Assembly (NCBI GenBank): GCA_963770835.1
Contig: CAVYRH010000004.1
Span: 672,001 to 736,000, forward strand
Direction of reading: 5' to 3'
DNA from: an uncultured Pseudomonadota bacterium
GTDB lineage: Bacteria; Oederibacteriota; Muellerivitia; Muellerivitales; Muellerivitaceae
Length of the DNA stretch: 64,000 nt
Shown: in pieces, positions 1 to 10,089 of the stretch
Numbering within the stretch: the first letter of the stretch is position 1
Layout of the letters: every line of letters begins with the position of its first letter
Notes under the pieces: model-generated
Told to the model about the DNA's origin: nothing
What the model saw: the letters and a program-made list of their open reading frames with translations, nothing else
The model's database searches: none
Translations under genes and position numbers: made by a program

Positions 1-5
1 TCCCC

Positions 6-3000
6 GTGACGAGCCTGATCGAGCTTATCGATACTTCCAACAGCGTGACGGCCTTCCTGGGCCCGGTGACGGGAACGGGCCAGGAAAACACCTGGTACCT
101 CTCGTCGGCGCAGTTCGGTGTAACGGAGGTGGGGCAGCAAGCCCTGGGACAGACGATCCTGGCGCAGCTGGTGGACGCCAATACCCAGGCGGTCCTGGAC
201 GAGAAGCCCATGGGAAGCCTGAACCTGGAATACCCCTCGCGGGCCTATATCGCCTCTAGCTCTCTTTCCTGCCTGCAATCCAACGCCAACGGCTGCCAGA
301 GTTTCGTGGTGACTATCACGGCTAATGCTCCCACGAGCGTGACGGAGACCAACTACGCCATCCTGACCGACATGGCGAATAACGAGCTCGTGACCGTAGG
401 CCCCTGGAACTCCGTGGGGGGCACGGGCACTACCTCGGTGACTTTGTCGGCCGGGGCTTTCGAGGCAACCTCCCCCGCTTATACATCCTTCCGTGTGGCA
501 TTGCTCAATTCCGCCAATGCAATACAGGACGTTGCCACACCCACCGGGTCGCCCCTGACGCTGGCCACCGCCCAGGAATACATGTATTCAAGCTCCCTTT
601 CCTGCCTGACGCAGTCGGAAGACGGCAATTGCGTGACCTTTGTTTATAACGCCTACCTGGAAGACCCCTCTGCCTCCCCGGTGACGGGCTATATCAAGCT
701 GGTGGATGAGACCAATGGCAATTCCATAACGCTGGGGCCGGTGACCAACACCGGTACGTACACGAACTACCCGGCTACCCTCACGGGCGCCAATTTTGGC
801 CTGGCTGCAAACCAGGGAGCCGTCAGCCAAGTCTTCCAGGCCCAGTTGTACGATTCCACCCAAACCCAGCTTTGGGACATCCGGGGGGCCGGAACCCTCA
901 GCATCGAAAACAGCGGCGGAGCTTCCATCATCCTGGCTGGGGCGTCGGTTTCCGCCGGGGTGACGGACGCCAGCGGGAACTGGGAGAGTTTCGTTTTGAC
1001 CATCGATGCGAATACCTCCGGCGGGCCGGCGGAAAGTTACGCAAAGGTGGCGGATACGACGAACGGCTATTTCGTGTGGGTGGGCCCTTGGAGCTATACG
1101 GGGAGCGGAACCAGCTTCTCGGTGACCTTGACGGGTGGGGATTTTAACCTGTCCTCCAGCCCGGTATCCGCCTCTTTGGCGGTCACCCTTTACGATCCGA
1201 CCCAAACCCAGGCTTATGGCAACATCGTTCCCACGGGATCCCCCGTGTCGCTGGAGGCACCGAAAGAGTATTTTTACAGTGATGACGGTTACTACGGCTA
1301 CAACGACCTGGGTTGCGCAACCACAGCGGAGGACGGAAACTGCCAGGGGGTGAGCTTCTATTCCTACCTGCAAACCTCTTCCGGTTCGGGCCCGGTGACG
1401 AGCCTGATCCAGCTCATCAACCTCTCCAGCAGCGTGACCGCCTTCCTAGGCCCGGTCACGACCAGCAGTTACGCCTATGGAACCTGGTATCTCACGCCGG
1501 CGCAGTTCGGGGTGACGGAAGTGGGGCAACAGGCCATGGGCCAGACGATAATGGCCCAATTGGTGGACGCCAATACGGACGCGGTTTTGGATGAGAAATC
1601 CGTGGGGAGCCTGAACCTGGAATCTCCCTCCTCGGCCTATATTTCCTCCAGCTCGGTCTCGGCGGCGGTCACCAATGCCACTGGTTGCGAGCAATTCGTG
1701 CTGACCATCGACGCCGACGCGCCCCCAGGCGTGTCGGAAACCAGCTACGCGGCCGTGACTGACATGGCCAACGGCTATTACGCCTGGGTGGGCCCCTGGA
1801 CCTACACGGGGAGCGGGAGCAGCTTCTCGGTGACCTTGGTGGGAGGGGATTTGGGCATCACAAACCCGACGGTGTCCTCACTTAAAGTGCTTCTCTATGC
1901 CGACAACCAGACCCAGATCCTGGACAACAATACGCCCGCGGGATCGCCCCTGACGCTGGAGTCGCCGGAGGAGTATTTCTATTATGACGACGGGTACGAC
2001 AACGGCTATTACAACAACCTGAGTTGCGCGACCACGGCGACGGATGGGAATTGCAAGTCGGTGAGTTTCTATTCCTACCTGGAAACCCCCAACGACGTCC
2101 CCGTGACGAGCCTGATCGAGCTGATCAATCTTTCCAACAGCGTGACGGCCTTCCTGGGCCCGGTAACGGGTACGGGCGGTAGTGATGTTTGGTACCTTTC
2201 ACCGGCGCAGTTTGGGGTGACGGAAGTGGGGCAGCAGGCCTTGGGGCAGACGATCCTGGCGCAGCTGGTGGACGCCAATACCCAGGCGGTCCTGGACGAG
2301 AAGCCCCAGGGAACTTTAAACCTGGAATATCCTTCCTCAGCCTACATCGCCTCCAGCTCGGTCTCGGCGGCGGTCACCACTGCCACCGGTTGCGAACAAT
2401 TCGTGCTGACCGTCGACGCCAATGCGCCGGCGGGGGTGGAACAGACCAGTTACGCGGCTGTGACGGACACGGCCAGCGGCTATTACGCCTGGGTGGGCCC
2501 CTGGACCTACACGGGGAGCGGGAGCAGTTTCTCGGTGACCCTGACGGGTGGGGATTTGGGCATTACCACCCCGACGGCGGCCTCATTGAAGGTGCTGCTC
2601 TATGGTGACAGCCAGGGTGGGACAGTTTTGGACAGCGCTACGCCGGCGGGATCGCCCCTGACGCTGGAGGTCCCGAAGGAGTATTTCTACTATGACGACG
2701 GTTATTACGGCTACAACGACCTGGGTTGCGCGGCCACGGCGGAGAACGGGAACTGCCAGTCGGTGAGCTTCTACTCCTACCTGCAAACCTCCGGTTCGGG
2801 CCCGGTGACCAGCCTGATCGAGCTCATCGACACTTCCAGCGGTGTGACAGCGTTCCTGGGCCCGGTCACGACAAGTAGTTACGCCTACGAAACCTGGTAC
2901 CTTTCCCCGGCGCAATTCGGGGTGACGATAGTGGGAGAACAGGCCCCGGCCCAGACGATCCTGGCACAGCTGGTGGACGCCAATACCCAGGCGGTCCTGG

Positions 3001-3737
3001 ACCAGAAACCCCTGGGGAGCCTGAACCTGGAATATCCTTCGCAGGCCTATATCGCTTCCAGCGCCGTCTCCGTCCTGCAGACGGACCCGAACAACCAGGC
3101 CTGCCAGCAATTCGAACTGACCATCAACGCGAACTCGCCGGCGGGGGTGAATGAAACGAGTTACGCCGTCTTGGCCAACATGGCCAACAGCCAACTCGTG
3201 ACCCTGGGCCCCTGGAATTACGAAGGGAATGGAGGCAGCTTCTCGGCAACCCTCACGGGAGGGGATTTGGGACTAACCTCGGCCGTTACCACCTCCCTGA
3301 AGGTAATGCTATATAACAAGACGATGAGCCAAATCCTGGACAGCTCCACGCCCGCAGGGTCGCCCCTGGCGTTGGAACCGACAGCGGTATCCTTCTATTC
3401 CGGTTATCCTTTCATTGAATGCCAGACCACAGGGGAAGACGGTAACTGCGAGACGTTCGAACTTTATACCTATCTTTACAATTCCCAGTCGGCCCCGGAA
3501 ACCGTCTACGTGGAAGTCACCAATGCTTCCAACAGCGTTTCGCAAATCATGGGTCCGGTCACCTTGACTGGCCAGGGATACGTCTCGGCCCAATATCCCC
3601 TGTCGGCCTCGGAATTTGGGGTCAACGCCGGACAAGCGGCCTCCAACCAGGTATTCCAGGCCAAGATCCTTAACTTGAGCCAAACCGTGATTTACGATAC
3701 AAAACAGGCGGGAATCTTGAACCTGGAATCGCCTTAA
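6..3737 (+). CDS. Large Ser/Thr/Gly-rich tandem-repeat protein, probably extracellular or surface-located; likely 5'-truncated by the window edge
   Basis: 1243-aa ORF that starts mid-repeat; two alternating ~115-125 aa units (one ending G.LNLE.P, the other G.P..LE.P) repeated about five times, with near-identical DNA between copies. Confidence 0.8.
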   Translation: MTSLIELIDTSNSVTAFLGPVTGTGQENTWYLSSAQFGVTEVGQQALGQTILAQLVDANTQAVLDEKPMGSLNLEYPSRAYIASSSLSCLQSNANGCQSFVVTITANAPTSVTETNYAILTDMANNELVTVGPWNSVGGTGTTSVTLSAGAFEATSPAYTSFRVALLNSANAIQDVATPTGSPLTLATAQEYMYSSSLSCLTQSEDGNCVTFVYNAYLEDPSASPVTGYIKLVDETNGNSITLGPVTNTGTYTNYPATLTGANFGLAANQGAVSQVFQAQLYDSTQTQLWDIRGAGTLSIENSGGASIILAGASVSAGVTDASGNWESFVLTIDANTSGGPAESYAKVADTTNGYFVWVGPWSYTGSGTSFSVTLTGGDFNLSSSPVSASLAVTLYDPTQTQAYGNIVPTGSPVSLEAPKEYFYSDDGYYGYNDLGCATTAEDGNCQGVSFYSYLQTSSGSGPVTSLIQLINLSSSVTAFLGPVTTSSYAYGTWYLTPAQFGVTEVGQQAMGQTIMAQLVDANTDAVLDEKSVGSLNLESPSSAYISSSSVSAAVTNATGCEQFVLTIDADAPPGVSETSYAAVTDMANGYYAWVGPWTYTGSGSSFSVTLVGGDLGITNPTVSSLKVLLYADNQTQILDNNTPAGSPLTLESPEEYFYYDDGYDNGYYNNLSCATTATDGNCKSVSFYSYLETPNDVPVTSLIELINLSNSVTAFLGPVTGTGGSDVWYLSPAQFGVTEVGQQALGQTILAQLVDANTQAVLDEKPQGTLNLEYPSSAYIASSSVSAAVTTATGCEQFVLTVDANAPAGVEQTSYAAVTDTASGYYAWVGPWTYTGSGSSFSVTLTGGDLGITTPTAASLKVLLYGDSQGGTVLDSATPAGSPLTLEVPKEYFYYDDGYYGYNDLGCAATAENGNCQSVSFYSYLQTSGSGPVTSLIELIDTSSGVTAFLGPVTTSSYAYETWYLSPAQFGVTIVGEQAPAQTILAQLVDANTQAVLDQKPLGSLNLEYPSQAYIASSAVSVLQTDPNNQACQQFELTINANSPAGVNETSYAVLANMANSQLVTLGPWNYEGNGGSFSATLTGGDLGLTSAVTTSLKVMLYNKTMSQILDSSTPAGSPLALEPTAVSFYSGYPFIECQTTGEDGNCETFELYTYLYNSQSAPETVYVEVTNASNSVSQIMGPVTLTGQGYVSAQYPLSASEFGVNAGQAASNQVFQAKILNLSQTVIYDTKQAGILNLESP

Positions 3738-3777
3738 AAAGCCCCCTTTAAAGGCCCTTTTTCCAGTCTCGCCCTGA

Positions 3778-3791
3778 ATGATTTAGGTCAT
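3778..3791 (+). promoter_or_regulatory. Crp/Fnr-type palindromic site ATGATTTAGGTCAT
   Basis: TGA-N6-TCA core; -10-like TATACC at 3814-3819 (22 bp gap); upstream of the first ric-like gene. Confidence 0.7.
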
Positions 3792-3855
3792 AATTGCGCC
3801 CACCCTTTTCACTTATACCCAATTAGAAGAATATCCCTTTATCGAGGAGGGCTTC

Positions 3856-4596
3856 ATGGTTCCACTGACCCCTGAAAAAACCATCGATCAACTGGTCCTC
3901 GAAAACCCCGGTTTCGGCCCTCTCTTCGACCGGTTACAGCTCAACTACGAAATCGAAAGGGACCTCACCCTGGGGGAAGTGTGTTTCGTCCACGGCTGGA
4001 ATTACCGTGACGTCCTCCACCAGCTGGAAATTTGCTCGCGGGAAGGGAAGATGAAGAACGAGGCCGAACTCGCGGCCTACGACATACCCCAACTGATCGG
4101 CTATATCCTTTTCAACCACCATGACTACGCGGAAAAAGAGTTTCCCCGGCTGGAGAAGCTCCTGGCGGAGGCTATCCAGGAGGGGAGCGGCCATCCGGAC
4201 CTATTGGATCTCCAGGAAGACTTCCGCCGTTTCCAGGCGCTTTTCCAGATCCATATGCGGGAGGAAGAAAGGCATTTCTTCCCCTTTTTCCTGATGCTGG
4301 CCACCGACCGGAACCCGCCTTCCTTGAGCGGCGAGAGCATCGAGCGCCTTGTCCAAATCATGGAATCAGAGGACACCCAAACGGCCCGGGGCTTGGGCCG
4401 CTTGCGGGAAAGAACGAGGGGGTACCACGCGCCGGCGGAAGCCGGGCCTTGTTACCACCGGATGATGGAGCGCCTGAAATTCCTCGACGCCGAACTGGAA
4501 CGGCATTCCCGCGTGGAGAGCCGCATCCTTTTTCCCAAAGTGGTGGCGCTGGAGGCGGAACGGGTGAACCGCGAAGGGAAAGATACCTCCGGCTGA
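3856..4596 (+). CDS. Ric/YtfE/ScdA-like di-iron (hemerythrin-domain) iron-sulfur cluster repair protein
   Basis: HHDYAEKEFPRL, HMREEERHFFP and HSRVESRILFP hemerythrin motifs; ScdA-like N-terminus; GAGGAGG RBS. Confidence 0.8.
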   Translation: MVPLTPEKTIDQLVLENPGFGPLFDRLQLNYEIERDLTLGEVCFVHGWNYRDVLHQLEICSREGKMKNEAELAAYDIPQLIGYILFNHHDYAEKEFPRLEKLLAEAIQEGSGHPDLLDLQEDFRRFQALFQIHMREEERHFFPFFLMLATDRNPPSLSGESIERLVQIMESEDTQTARGLGRLRERTRGYHAPAEAGPCYHRMMERLKFLDAELERHSRVESRILFPKVVALEAERVNREGKDTSG

Positions 4597-4627
4597 AGGA
4601 CCCATCCCGCCCCCACGAAACTGGGCC

Positions 4628-4647
4628 ACTATGACTTAAGTCATAGT
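4628..4647 (+). promoter_or_regulatory. Crp/Fnr-type site, perfect 20-bp palindrome ACTATGACTTAAGTCATAGT
   Basis: Perfect inverted repeat; TAAAAT at 4668-4673 (23 bp after the 14-bp core). Confidence 0.75.
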
Positions 4648-4820
4648 TCCTCCACCCCCCCCGGGGTTAAAATCAGGAAATTTTAGATTCTGAAGGTGGC
4701 ATCGCGCCGGACAAGCCCCATCTAATGGCCATCGGCAGCGGGTCCTCGCGTCCCTGGAAACCCCAGGGGCCCAGGAGGGATGAAAGTGACTTTACCCCTT
4801 TCCTTTAAAAGGAGTTTTTC

Positions 4821-6272
4821 ATGTCTGAACCGGTCGTTATACAGGGTGGCATGGGCACCGCAGTTTCCAATTGGAAGCTGGCCCAGGCTGTCGCCAAGAC
4901 GGGCCAGTTGGGTGTTGTTTCGGGGACCGCGCTTGACAACGTGATGGCAAGGCGCCTCCAGGAGGGGGACCCGGACGGCTCCATGCGCAGGGCCTTGCGC
5001 TATTTTCCCGATCCCGTTATCGCCCAAAGGGTGCTGGACCGTTACTACATACCGGGCGGAAAAAAGGACGACGCGCTTTTCAAAGCCGTGCCCATGTTCT
5101 CCATGAACCCGCCCCGTGAGCTGGTGGAACTGACGGTGGCGGCCAACTTCGCCGAGGTCTTCCTGGCCAAGGAAGGGCACCACGGACGGGTGGGCATCAA
5201 TTTCCTGGAAAAAATCCAAATGCCGACTTTGCCCTCCATTTACGGGGCCATGTTGGCGGGGGTGGATTACATCCTCATGGGCGCCGGGATACCCCGCGCC
5301 ATTCCGGCCATCCTGGACAAGCTGGCCTCCCACGAGGAAGTGTCGCTGAAGCTCAACGTGGAGGGAGCCGCAGCCGGGGACGATTACCGGATGGTTTTCA
5401 ACCCCCGGGAGCTGATGGGGCCGCGCCTGAAACCCATTCAACGGCCCAAATTCATAGCCATCGTCGCCTCCGCCGTCTTAGCCGCCACGCTGGCCAAAAA
5501 GTCAACCGGCCGGGTGGACGGGTTCGTCGTCGAAGGGCCCACCGCGGGCGGCCATAACGCGCCCCCGCGGGGACCGCTCCAACTCAACGCCAAGGGCGAG
5601 CCGCTCTACGGCCCTCGGGATGAGGTGGACCCGGCGGAGCTGAAAAAGCTGGGACTCCCCTTTTGGCTGGCGGGGTCCTATGCCGCCCCTGAAAAATTGA
5701 AACAAGCGCTGGGAGTGGGAGCCGCAGGCATCCAGGTGGGAACGGTCTTCGCCTATTGCGAGGAATCAGGACTGGCGGAGAAGATCAAAGAGTGGGTAAT
5801 CCTCAAGGTTTTAGGGGGGCGGGGCGAGATTTTCACCGATGCCGTGGCCTCCCCGACGGGTTTTCCCTTCAAGGTCGTTCAGTTGGAAGGCACCCTCTCC
5901 GATCCCGCGGAATACGCTGTGCGCCCCCGCATCTGCGATTTGGGGTACCTGCGCAGCCTCTTCAAACGCAAGGATGGATCGGTTGGCTACCGCTGTCCCG
6001 GCGAACCGGTGGAAACCTACCGCCAAAAAGAGGGCCAGGAGGAGGACACCCGGGGCCGAAAATGCCTCTGCAACGGGCTCATGGCCAATATCGGGCTGGG
6101 GCAATCCCAAAAAAGCGGCTACGAGGAAAAGCCCCTTGTGACTTCGGGGGATGACCTGGCCAGGATCGCCCATTTCCTCGGGGCCTCCAAACTTTCTTAT
6201 ACTGCGGCGGAGGTCGTTTATTACCTGGTTGGAAAAATGATGCCGGCCGTCCCCATGGCGTCGGGGAGTTAA
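4821..6272 (+). CDS. Nitronate monooxygenase (2-nitropropane dioxygenase) family flavoprotein
   Basis: PVVIQGGMG start, EGPTAGGHN, GAAGIQVGT FMN-barrel motifs, C-terminal RKCLCNGL. Confidence 0.85.
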   Translation: MSEPVVIQGGMGTAVSNWKLAQAVAKTGQLGVVSGTALDNVMARRLQEGDPDGSMRRALRYFPDPVIAQRVLDRYYIPGGKKDDALFKAVPMFSMNPPRELVELTVAANFAEVFLAKEGHHGRVGINFLEKIQMPTLPSIYGAMLAGVDYILMGAGIPRAIPAILDKLASHEEVSLKLNVEGAAAGDDYRMVFNPRELMGPRLKPIQRPKFIAIVASAVLAATLAKKSTGRVDGFVVEGPTAGGHNAPPRGPLQLNAKGEPLYGPRDEVDPAELKKLGLPFWLAGSYAAPEKLKQALGVGAAGIQVGTVFAYCEESGLAEKIKEWVILKVLGGRGEIFTDAVASPTGFPFKVVQLEGTLSDPAEYAVRPRICDLGYLRSLFKRKDGSVGYRCPGEPVETYRQKEGQEEDTRGRKCLCNGLMANIGLGQSQKSGYEEKPLVTSGDDLARIAHFLGASKLSYTAAEVVYYLVGKMMPAVPMASGS

Positions 6273-6320
6273 AGAGTCCTTCCACCGCAGTTTCGACGAT
6301 TTCCCTATAAAAGCTCTTTT

Positions 6321-6334
6321 ATGACCACAGTCAT
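6321..6334 (+). promoter_or_regulatory. Crp/Fnr-type site ATGACCACAGTCAT
   Basis: Palindromic core; CATAAT at 6357-6362 (22 bp gap); upstream of the second ric-like gene. Confidence 0.7.
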
Positions 6335-6524
6335 GTGGCCCTACCGGAATTCTTTTCATAATGTTTATGGAAGTCGAAATGCGGTTGGTGTCTGAAGTGT
6401 GCTTGCGCTCCCGTAAATGAAGATGCGGAGGAGGACACCATGTCCCAATGGTCCATAAAAATAGCCTCCTAGGACATTGGGACAATACCAATCACATTGT
6501 GAATATATAAAAAGGGGGATTGGC

Positions 6525-7304
6525 ATGAAATTACATTCCTCCCAGACCGTGGGGCAAATCGCGGTCATCCTCAAAGAGTCCGTACCGGTCTTTAACAAAT
6601 ACAAGATCGACTACTATTCGGAGGGCGGCCGAAGCCTCGAAAACGCATGCTACCTGGCGGGCGCGCCCCTGGAACAGGTGACGCGGGAACTGGAAGAAGC
6701 GCCGCCGGCGTCGGAAGAGTGGTACGCCGGGGAACCGGACTGGCCCAACGCGCCCATGTGCGAACTGGCGGATCACATCGTCAAAACCCACCATGTTTAC
6801 ACCCGGCAGCAAATGGACCGAATAGAAAAGATGCTGGAGGACCTGGCCGGAGTGGACGGCAACCGTAGCCAGGCGCTGGAAATGGTCCGGGAGATTTTCC
6901 TTAAGATGTCCAAGGATCTCCGGGACCACATGGTTGAGGAAGAGGAAGTGGTCTTTCCTTACCTCGTCGAGGGGGAAAGGAATATTCAACGGGGGCGCCC
7001 CATCCGCCGTCTCTTCGAGGGATACACCTCCTACACCCACCCGTTGAGGATCCTCCAGAGCGAGCACGGGATGATGGGCCGGGAGTGGAAGACCATCCTG
7101 GAATTGACCCAAGACCTCCAACCCCCGCACGGCGCGAGCCAAGCCTTGACGGATCTTTACAAGGCTTTTGAGGAACTCCTGAAAGACAATAAAAAACACA
7201 TCCACCTGGAAAATAACATTCTTTTCCACCGCGCCGAACAATTGGGGCTTTTGAATGATGAAGGAACCAAGGAACTACACGGGCCCCAAGCCCATCTTCT
7301 TTAG
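6525..7304 (+). CDS. Second Ric/YtfE/ScdA-like di-iron protein
   Basis: HIVKTHHVY, HMVEEEEVVFP, EHG, HIHLENNILF motifs; start set at the ATG after GGGGGA. Confidence 0.85.
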   Translation: MKLHSSQTVGQIAVILKESVPVFNKYKIDYYSEGGRSLENACYLAGAPLEQVTRELEEAPPASEEWYAGEPDWPNAPMCELADHIVKTHHVYTRQQMDRIEKMLEDLAGVDGNRSQALEMVREIFLKMSKDLRDHMVEEEEVVFPYLVEGERNIQRGRPIRRLFEGYTSYTHPLRILQSEHGMMGREWKTILELTQDLQPPHGASQALTDLYKAFEELLKDNKKHIHLENNILFHRAEQLGLLNDEGTKELHGPQAHLL

Positions 7305-7459
7305 CGGGACCGGGAAAAACCGTCGATGGAGTTATTTCTTCCACGACTTCAGGAAAGAACCACTACCATGTTCAAGGACGCAGGTTGAATTGTTGGATTA
7401 CTGAATTGAAAGAAAGTTTTTCCAAAAACCCAACCTGCCGCAATCTTGACGGTTGAAAA

Positions 7460-7972
7460 CTAGGAACTGGCGATGGAACTTTTGCGCCAGCCTTCCACCC
7501 GGGCCTCCGGCATCTTCTTATAAAGATTGTTGAGGTGGGTTTTCAACGTGGCCTTGGAAATGAAGAGCTCCTTCGCGATGCCCGCGTTGGTGAAGCCCTG
7601 GATGCAAAGGTTCGCGATTTCCATCTCCCGGCGGCTCAAACTGCGCTCCTGGAAGCGCTTGACCCAGGCCTCGTATTTCTGCCGCAAGGGATAAAGCACG
7701 ATCATCCGCCGGGCATTCTCAGTGAAAAAAAGAACGTCGTAATGCTGTTTGCCAACCTTCCGGTTGGACAAAAACTGGAACCCCTCCGGGGGGATGGTCC
7801 GTCCCAAGTATTTTTCGCAGTCCGAAACGCAAGTCCGGGGGCACTCCGCCCCCACGTAATCGCCGCAGGACTTGCGACAGGCGGGGTTCTGGTAAAAAAC
7901 TTCCCCCCCTTCTTTTTGCATGCAAATCACCGCCCGGCTTCCATCCAAAGATTCCGCAAATTCCGTGATCAT
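7460..7972 (-). CDS. LuxR-type HTH regulator with a Cys-rich PAS-like N-terminus
   Basis: LSRREMEI...G.TNAGIAKELFISKATLKTHLNNLYKK; N-terminal C-x3-C and C-x3-C-x3-C. Confidence 0.8.
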   Translation of the reverse strand: MITEFAESLDGSRAVICMQKEGGEVFYQNPACRKSCGDYVGAECPRTCVSDCEKYLGRTIPPEGFQFLSNRKVGKQHYDVLFFTENARRMIVLYPLRQKYEAWVKRFQERSLSRREMEIANLCIQGFTNAGIAKELFISKATLKTHLNNLYKKMPEARVEGWRKSSIASS

Positions 7973-8061
7973 TTTTTCCACCCTCCCCGTCGATTGTCGG
8001 CTTGGTGTCGACAAAGGACAATGATGCCCATTCATTAAACGAAATTTGTCCGGGAGGGAGT

Positions 8062-9339
8062 ATGACCCAGATCAGCGAAAACACGGTTCTTGACCCCCAA
8101 AAGTACTACCGCATGCCATGGTCCTTATCGGACAACGGCATTTTCTGGCTGGAAGTGACTTCCCAGTGCAACCTGACCTGCGAGGGCTGCTACCACGAGA
8201 ACATCCTGGGCGGGCACAAGAGCCTGGCCGACATCGAGGAAGAGTTCAAGGTCATCAAGCGCTTGCGCAAGGTGGACAGCGTCTCCATCGCCGGGGGGGA
8301 CCCGCTTCTCCACCCCCAGATCCTGGACATCGTGAAGATGGTCCGCCGGTACGGCTGGAAACCCATCATGAACACCAACGGCCTGGCCCTGACGCCGGAG
8401 CTGTTGAAAGACCTCAAGAAAGCGGGCGTGTTTGGCTTCACCTTCCATATAGATACCACCCAAAAGCGGAGGGATTCCCAGGCCGGCAACGAGCTGGAGC
8501 ATATCGCCCTGCGCCAAAGCCTGGCCGAGTTGGTGGCCAAGGAGGGGGGCATGGTCTGCGGATTCAACCAGACCGTCTCCGAACAAACATTGGACCAAAT
8601 CCCCGCCATCGTGCGCTGGGCCGAGAAATACCCGGACCTCATCAACACCATGGTGTTTATCCTCTTCCGCACCCCCGGCATGAGCGCCAATTACGACTTT
8701 TACGCCTTCGGCAAGAAAGTGAATTTATATGAGACCTATATCAAGACCTCCTGGGGCGGGGAGAAGAACCTCAAGGCGGGCGACATCGTGGCCAAGATCC
8801 GGGAGGCGGACCCACAATACGAGCCCGCGGGCTACTTGAGCGGGACGATCGAGGCGGGCGAAATGAAGTGGACGCTGGCCACGCGCATCGCCAGTGGAAG
8901 CAAGACCTTCGGCTACACCAGCCCCAAGTTCATGGAATTCGTCCAAAATTTCCACCACCGTTTCTACGGAACCTGGCTGAGCTACGCCTCGAAGGCCCTG
9001 CAGGGCGCCGGGCGGTCCACCCTGCTGTTCCTGGGATGGGGGGACAAGCAGATGCGCAAGGCCTTGTTCCGGTTCCTGTTTTCTCCCTTATCCTGGCTCA
9101 AGCGGGTTCACCTGCAGAATTTCGCCATCATCCAGCCTGTGGACCTCTTGGCCGACGGCCGCATGAGCATGTGCGACGGCTGCCCCGACATCACCGTGCA
9201 CGAGGGCAAGCTTTACTGGAGCTGCCGCCTGGAGGAAATCAAGAAGTTTGGCACATTCGTGACAGCCGTTCCCAAAGCCGGTGCGCAGGTAGAAAAGAAA
9301 CAAGAGGCCAAGGCCATGGCCCATTCGGGGAAGGCGTGA
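8062..9339 (+). CDS. Radical SAM protein
   Basis: CNLTCEGC motif, GGDPLLHP, NTNG; C-terminal CDGCPD...SC cluster. Confidence 0.85.
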   Translation: MTQISENTVLDPQKYYRMPWSLSDNGIFWLEVTSQCNLTCEGCYHENILGGHKSLADIEEEFKVIKRLRKVDSVSIAGGDPLLHPQILDIVKMVRRYGWKPIMNTNGLALTPELLKDLKKAGVFGFTFHIDTTQKRRDSQAGNELEHIALRQSLAELVAKEGGMVCGFNQTVSEQTLDQIPAIVRWAEKYPDLINTMVFILFRTPGMSANYDFYAFGKKVNLYETYIKTSWGGEKNLKAGDIVAKIREADPQYEPAGYLSGTIEAGEMKWTLATRIASGSKTFGYTSPKFMEFVQNFHHRFYGTWLSYASKALQGAGRSTLLFLGWGDKQMRKALFRFLFSPLSWLKRVHLQNFAIIQPVDLLADGRMSMCDGCPDITVHEGKLYWSCRLEEIKKFGTFVTAVPKAGAQVEKKQEAKAMAHSGKA

Positions 9340-9370
9340 AAAAGGCGCATTCCAGGAAGGGGGGTAACCA

Positions 9371-10036
9371 ATGCATTCAACGGCGACTCTTGCTTTAAAA
9401 CACTACACCCGCGAACAAGAAATGGCCAACGGCATGACCGCCGGCACCGGCGCGGTGCTGGCCGCCGCCGGGACGGCCCTCTTGGTCACGATGGCCTGCC
9501 TTAAAGGCAACGCCTGGCACATCGTGAGCTTTAGCGTCTACGGCGGGACGCTTTGCCTGCTCCATCTCATCTCCACCCTTTACCACAGCCTTCCGCTGTC
9601 GAAAGCCAAGCGGGTTTTCGAGGTTTTCGACCATTCCTCCATTTTTCTCCTCATTGCCGGAACCTATACGCCTTTCATGCTGGTGACGCTGCATGGGGCC
9701 TGGGGCTGGTCCCTGTTCGGCGTTGTTTGGGGGCTGGGGGTCGCCGGCATTCTATACAAGATTTTTTTTACCGGGCGGCACCAGCTTTTTTCCACAGCCC
9801 TCTATATAGGATTGGGTTGGATGGCGGTGGTGGCCTTCAAGCCCCTGTTGGCGGCCCTGCCGGTGGGCGGCGTTGTTTTGCTCGTGTTGGGCGGGGTCAG
9901 CTATAGCTTCGGGACTTTTTTTTACCACGCGAAAAAGCCTTATTACAGCCACGCTATTTGGCACGTGTTCGTGCTGGCGGGAAGCCTTTTTCACTACTTC
10001 GCCATATTGATTTATGTGTTGCCCGAGAAGCCTTGA
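9371..10036 (+). CDS. Hemolysin III / PAQR family membrane protein
   Basis: STLYH, DHSSIFLLIAGTYTP, HAIWHVFV motifs; about 7 TM helices. Confidence 0.9.
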   Translation: MHSTATLALKHYTREQEMANGMTAGTGAVLAAAGTALLVTMACLKGNAWHIVSFSVYGGTLCLLHLISTLYHSLPLSKAKRVFEVFDHSSIFLLIAGTYTPFMLVTLHGAWGWSLFGVVWGLGVAGILYKIFFTGRHQLFSTALYIGLGWMAVVAFKPLLAALPVGGVVLLVLGGVSYSFGTFFYHAKKPYYSHAIWHVFVLAGSLFHYFAILIYVLPEKP

Positions 10037-10075
10037 GACAACTCCTCCTGTCCGTCTTTTAAGGTTTAGGCTTCT

Positions 10076-10089
10076 ATGAGCCAGGTCAT
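10076..10089 (+). promoter_or_regulatory. Crp/Fnr-type site ATGAGCCAGGTCAT
   Basis: TGA-N6-TCA core; TAAGGT at 10113-10118 (23 bp gap). Confidence 0.55.

Noticed and set aside
8062..8075. Tenth Crp/Fnr-type site (ATGACCCAGATCAG)
   Set aside because: It overlaps a start codon, has a mismatch at the last base and has no convincing -10 at the 22-23 bp spacing.
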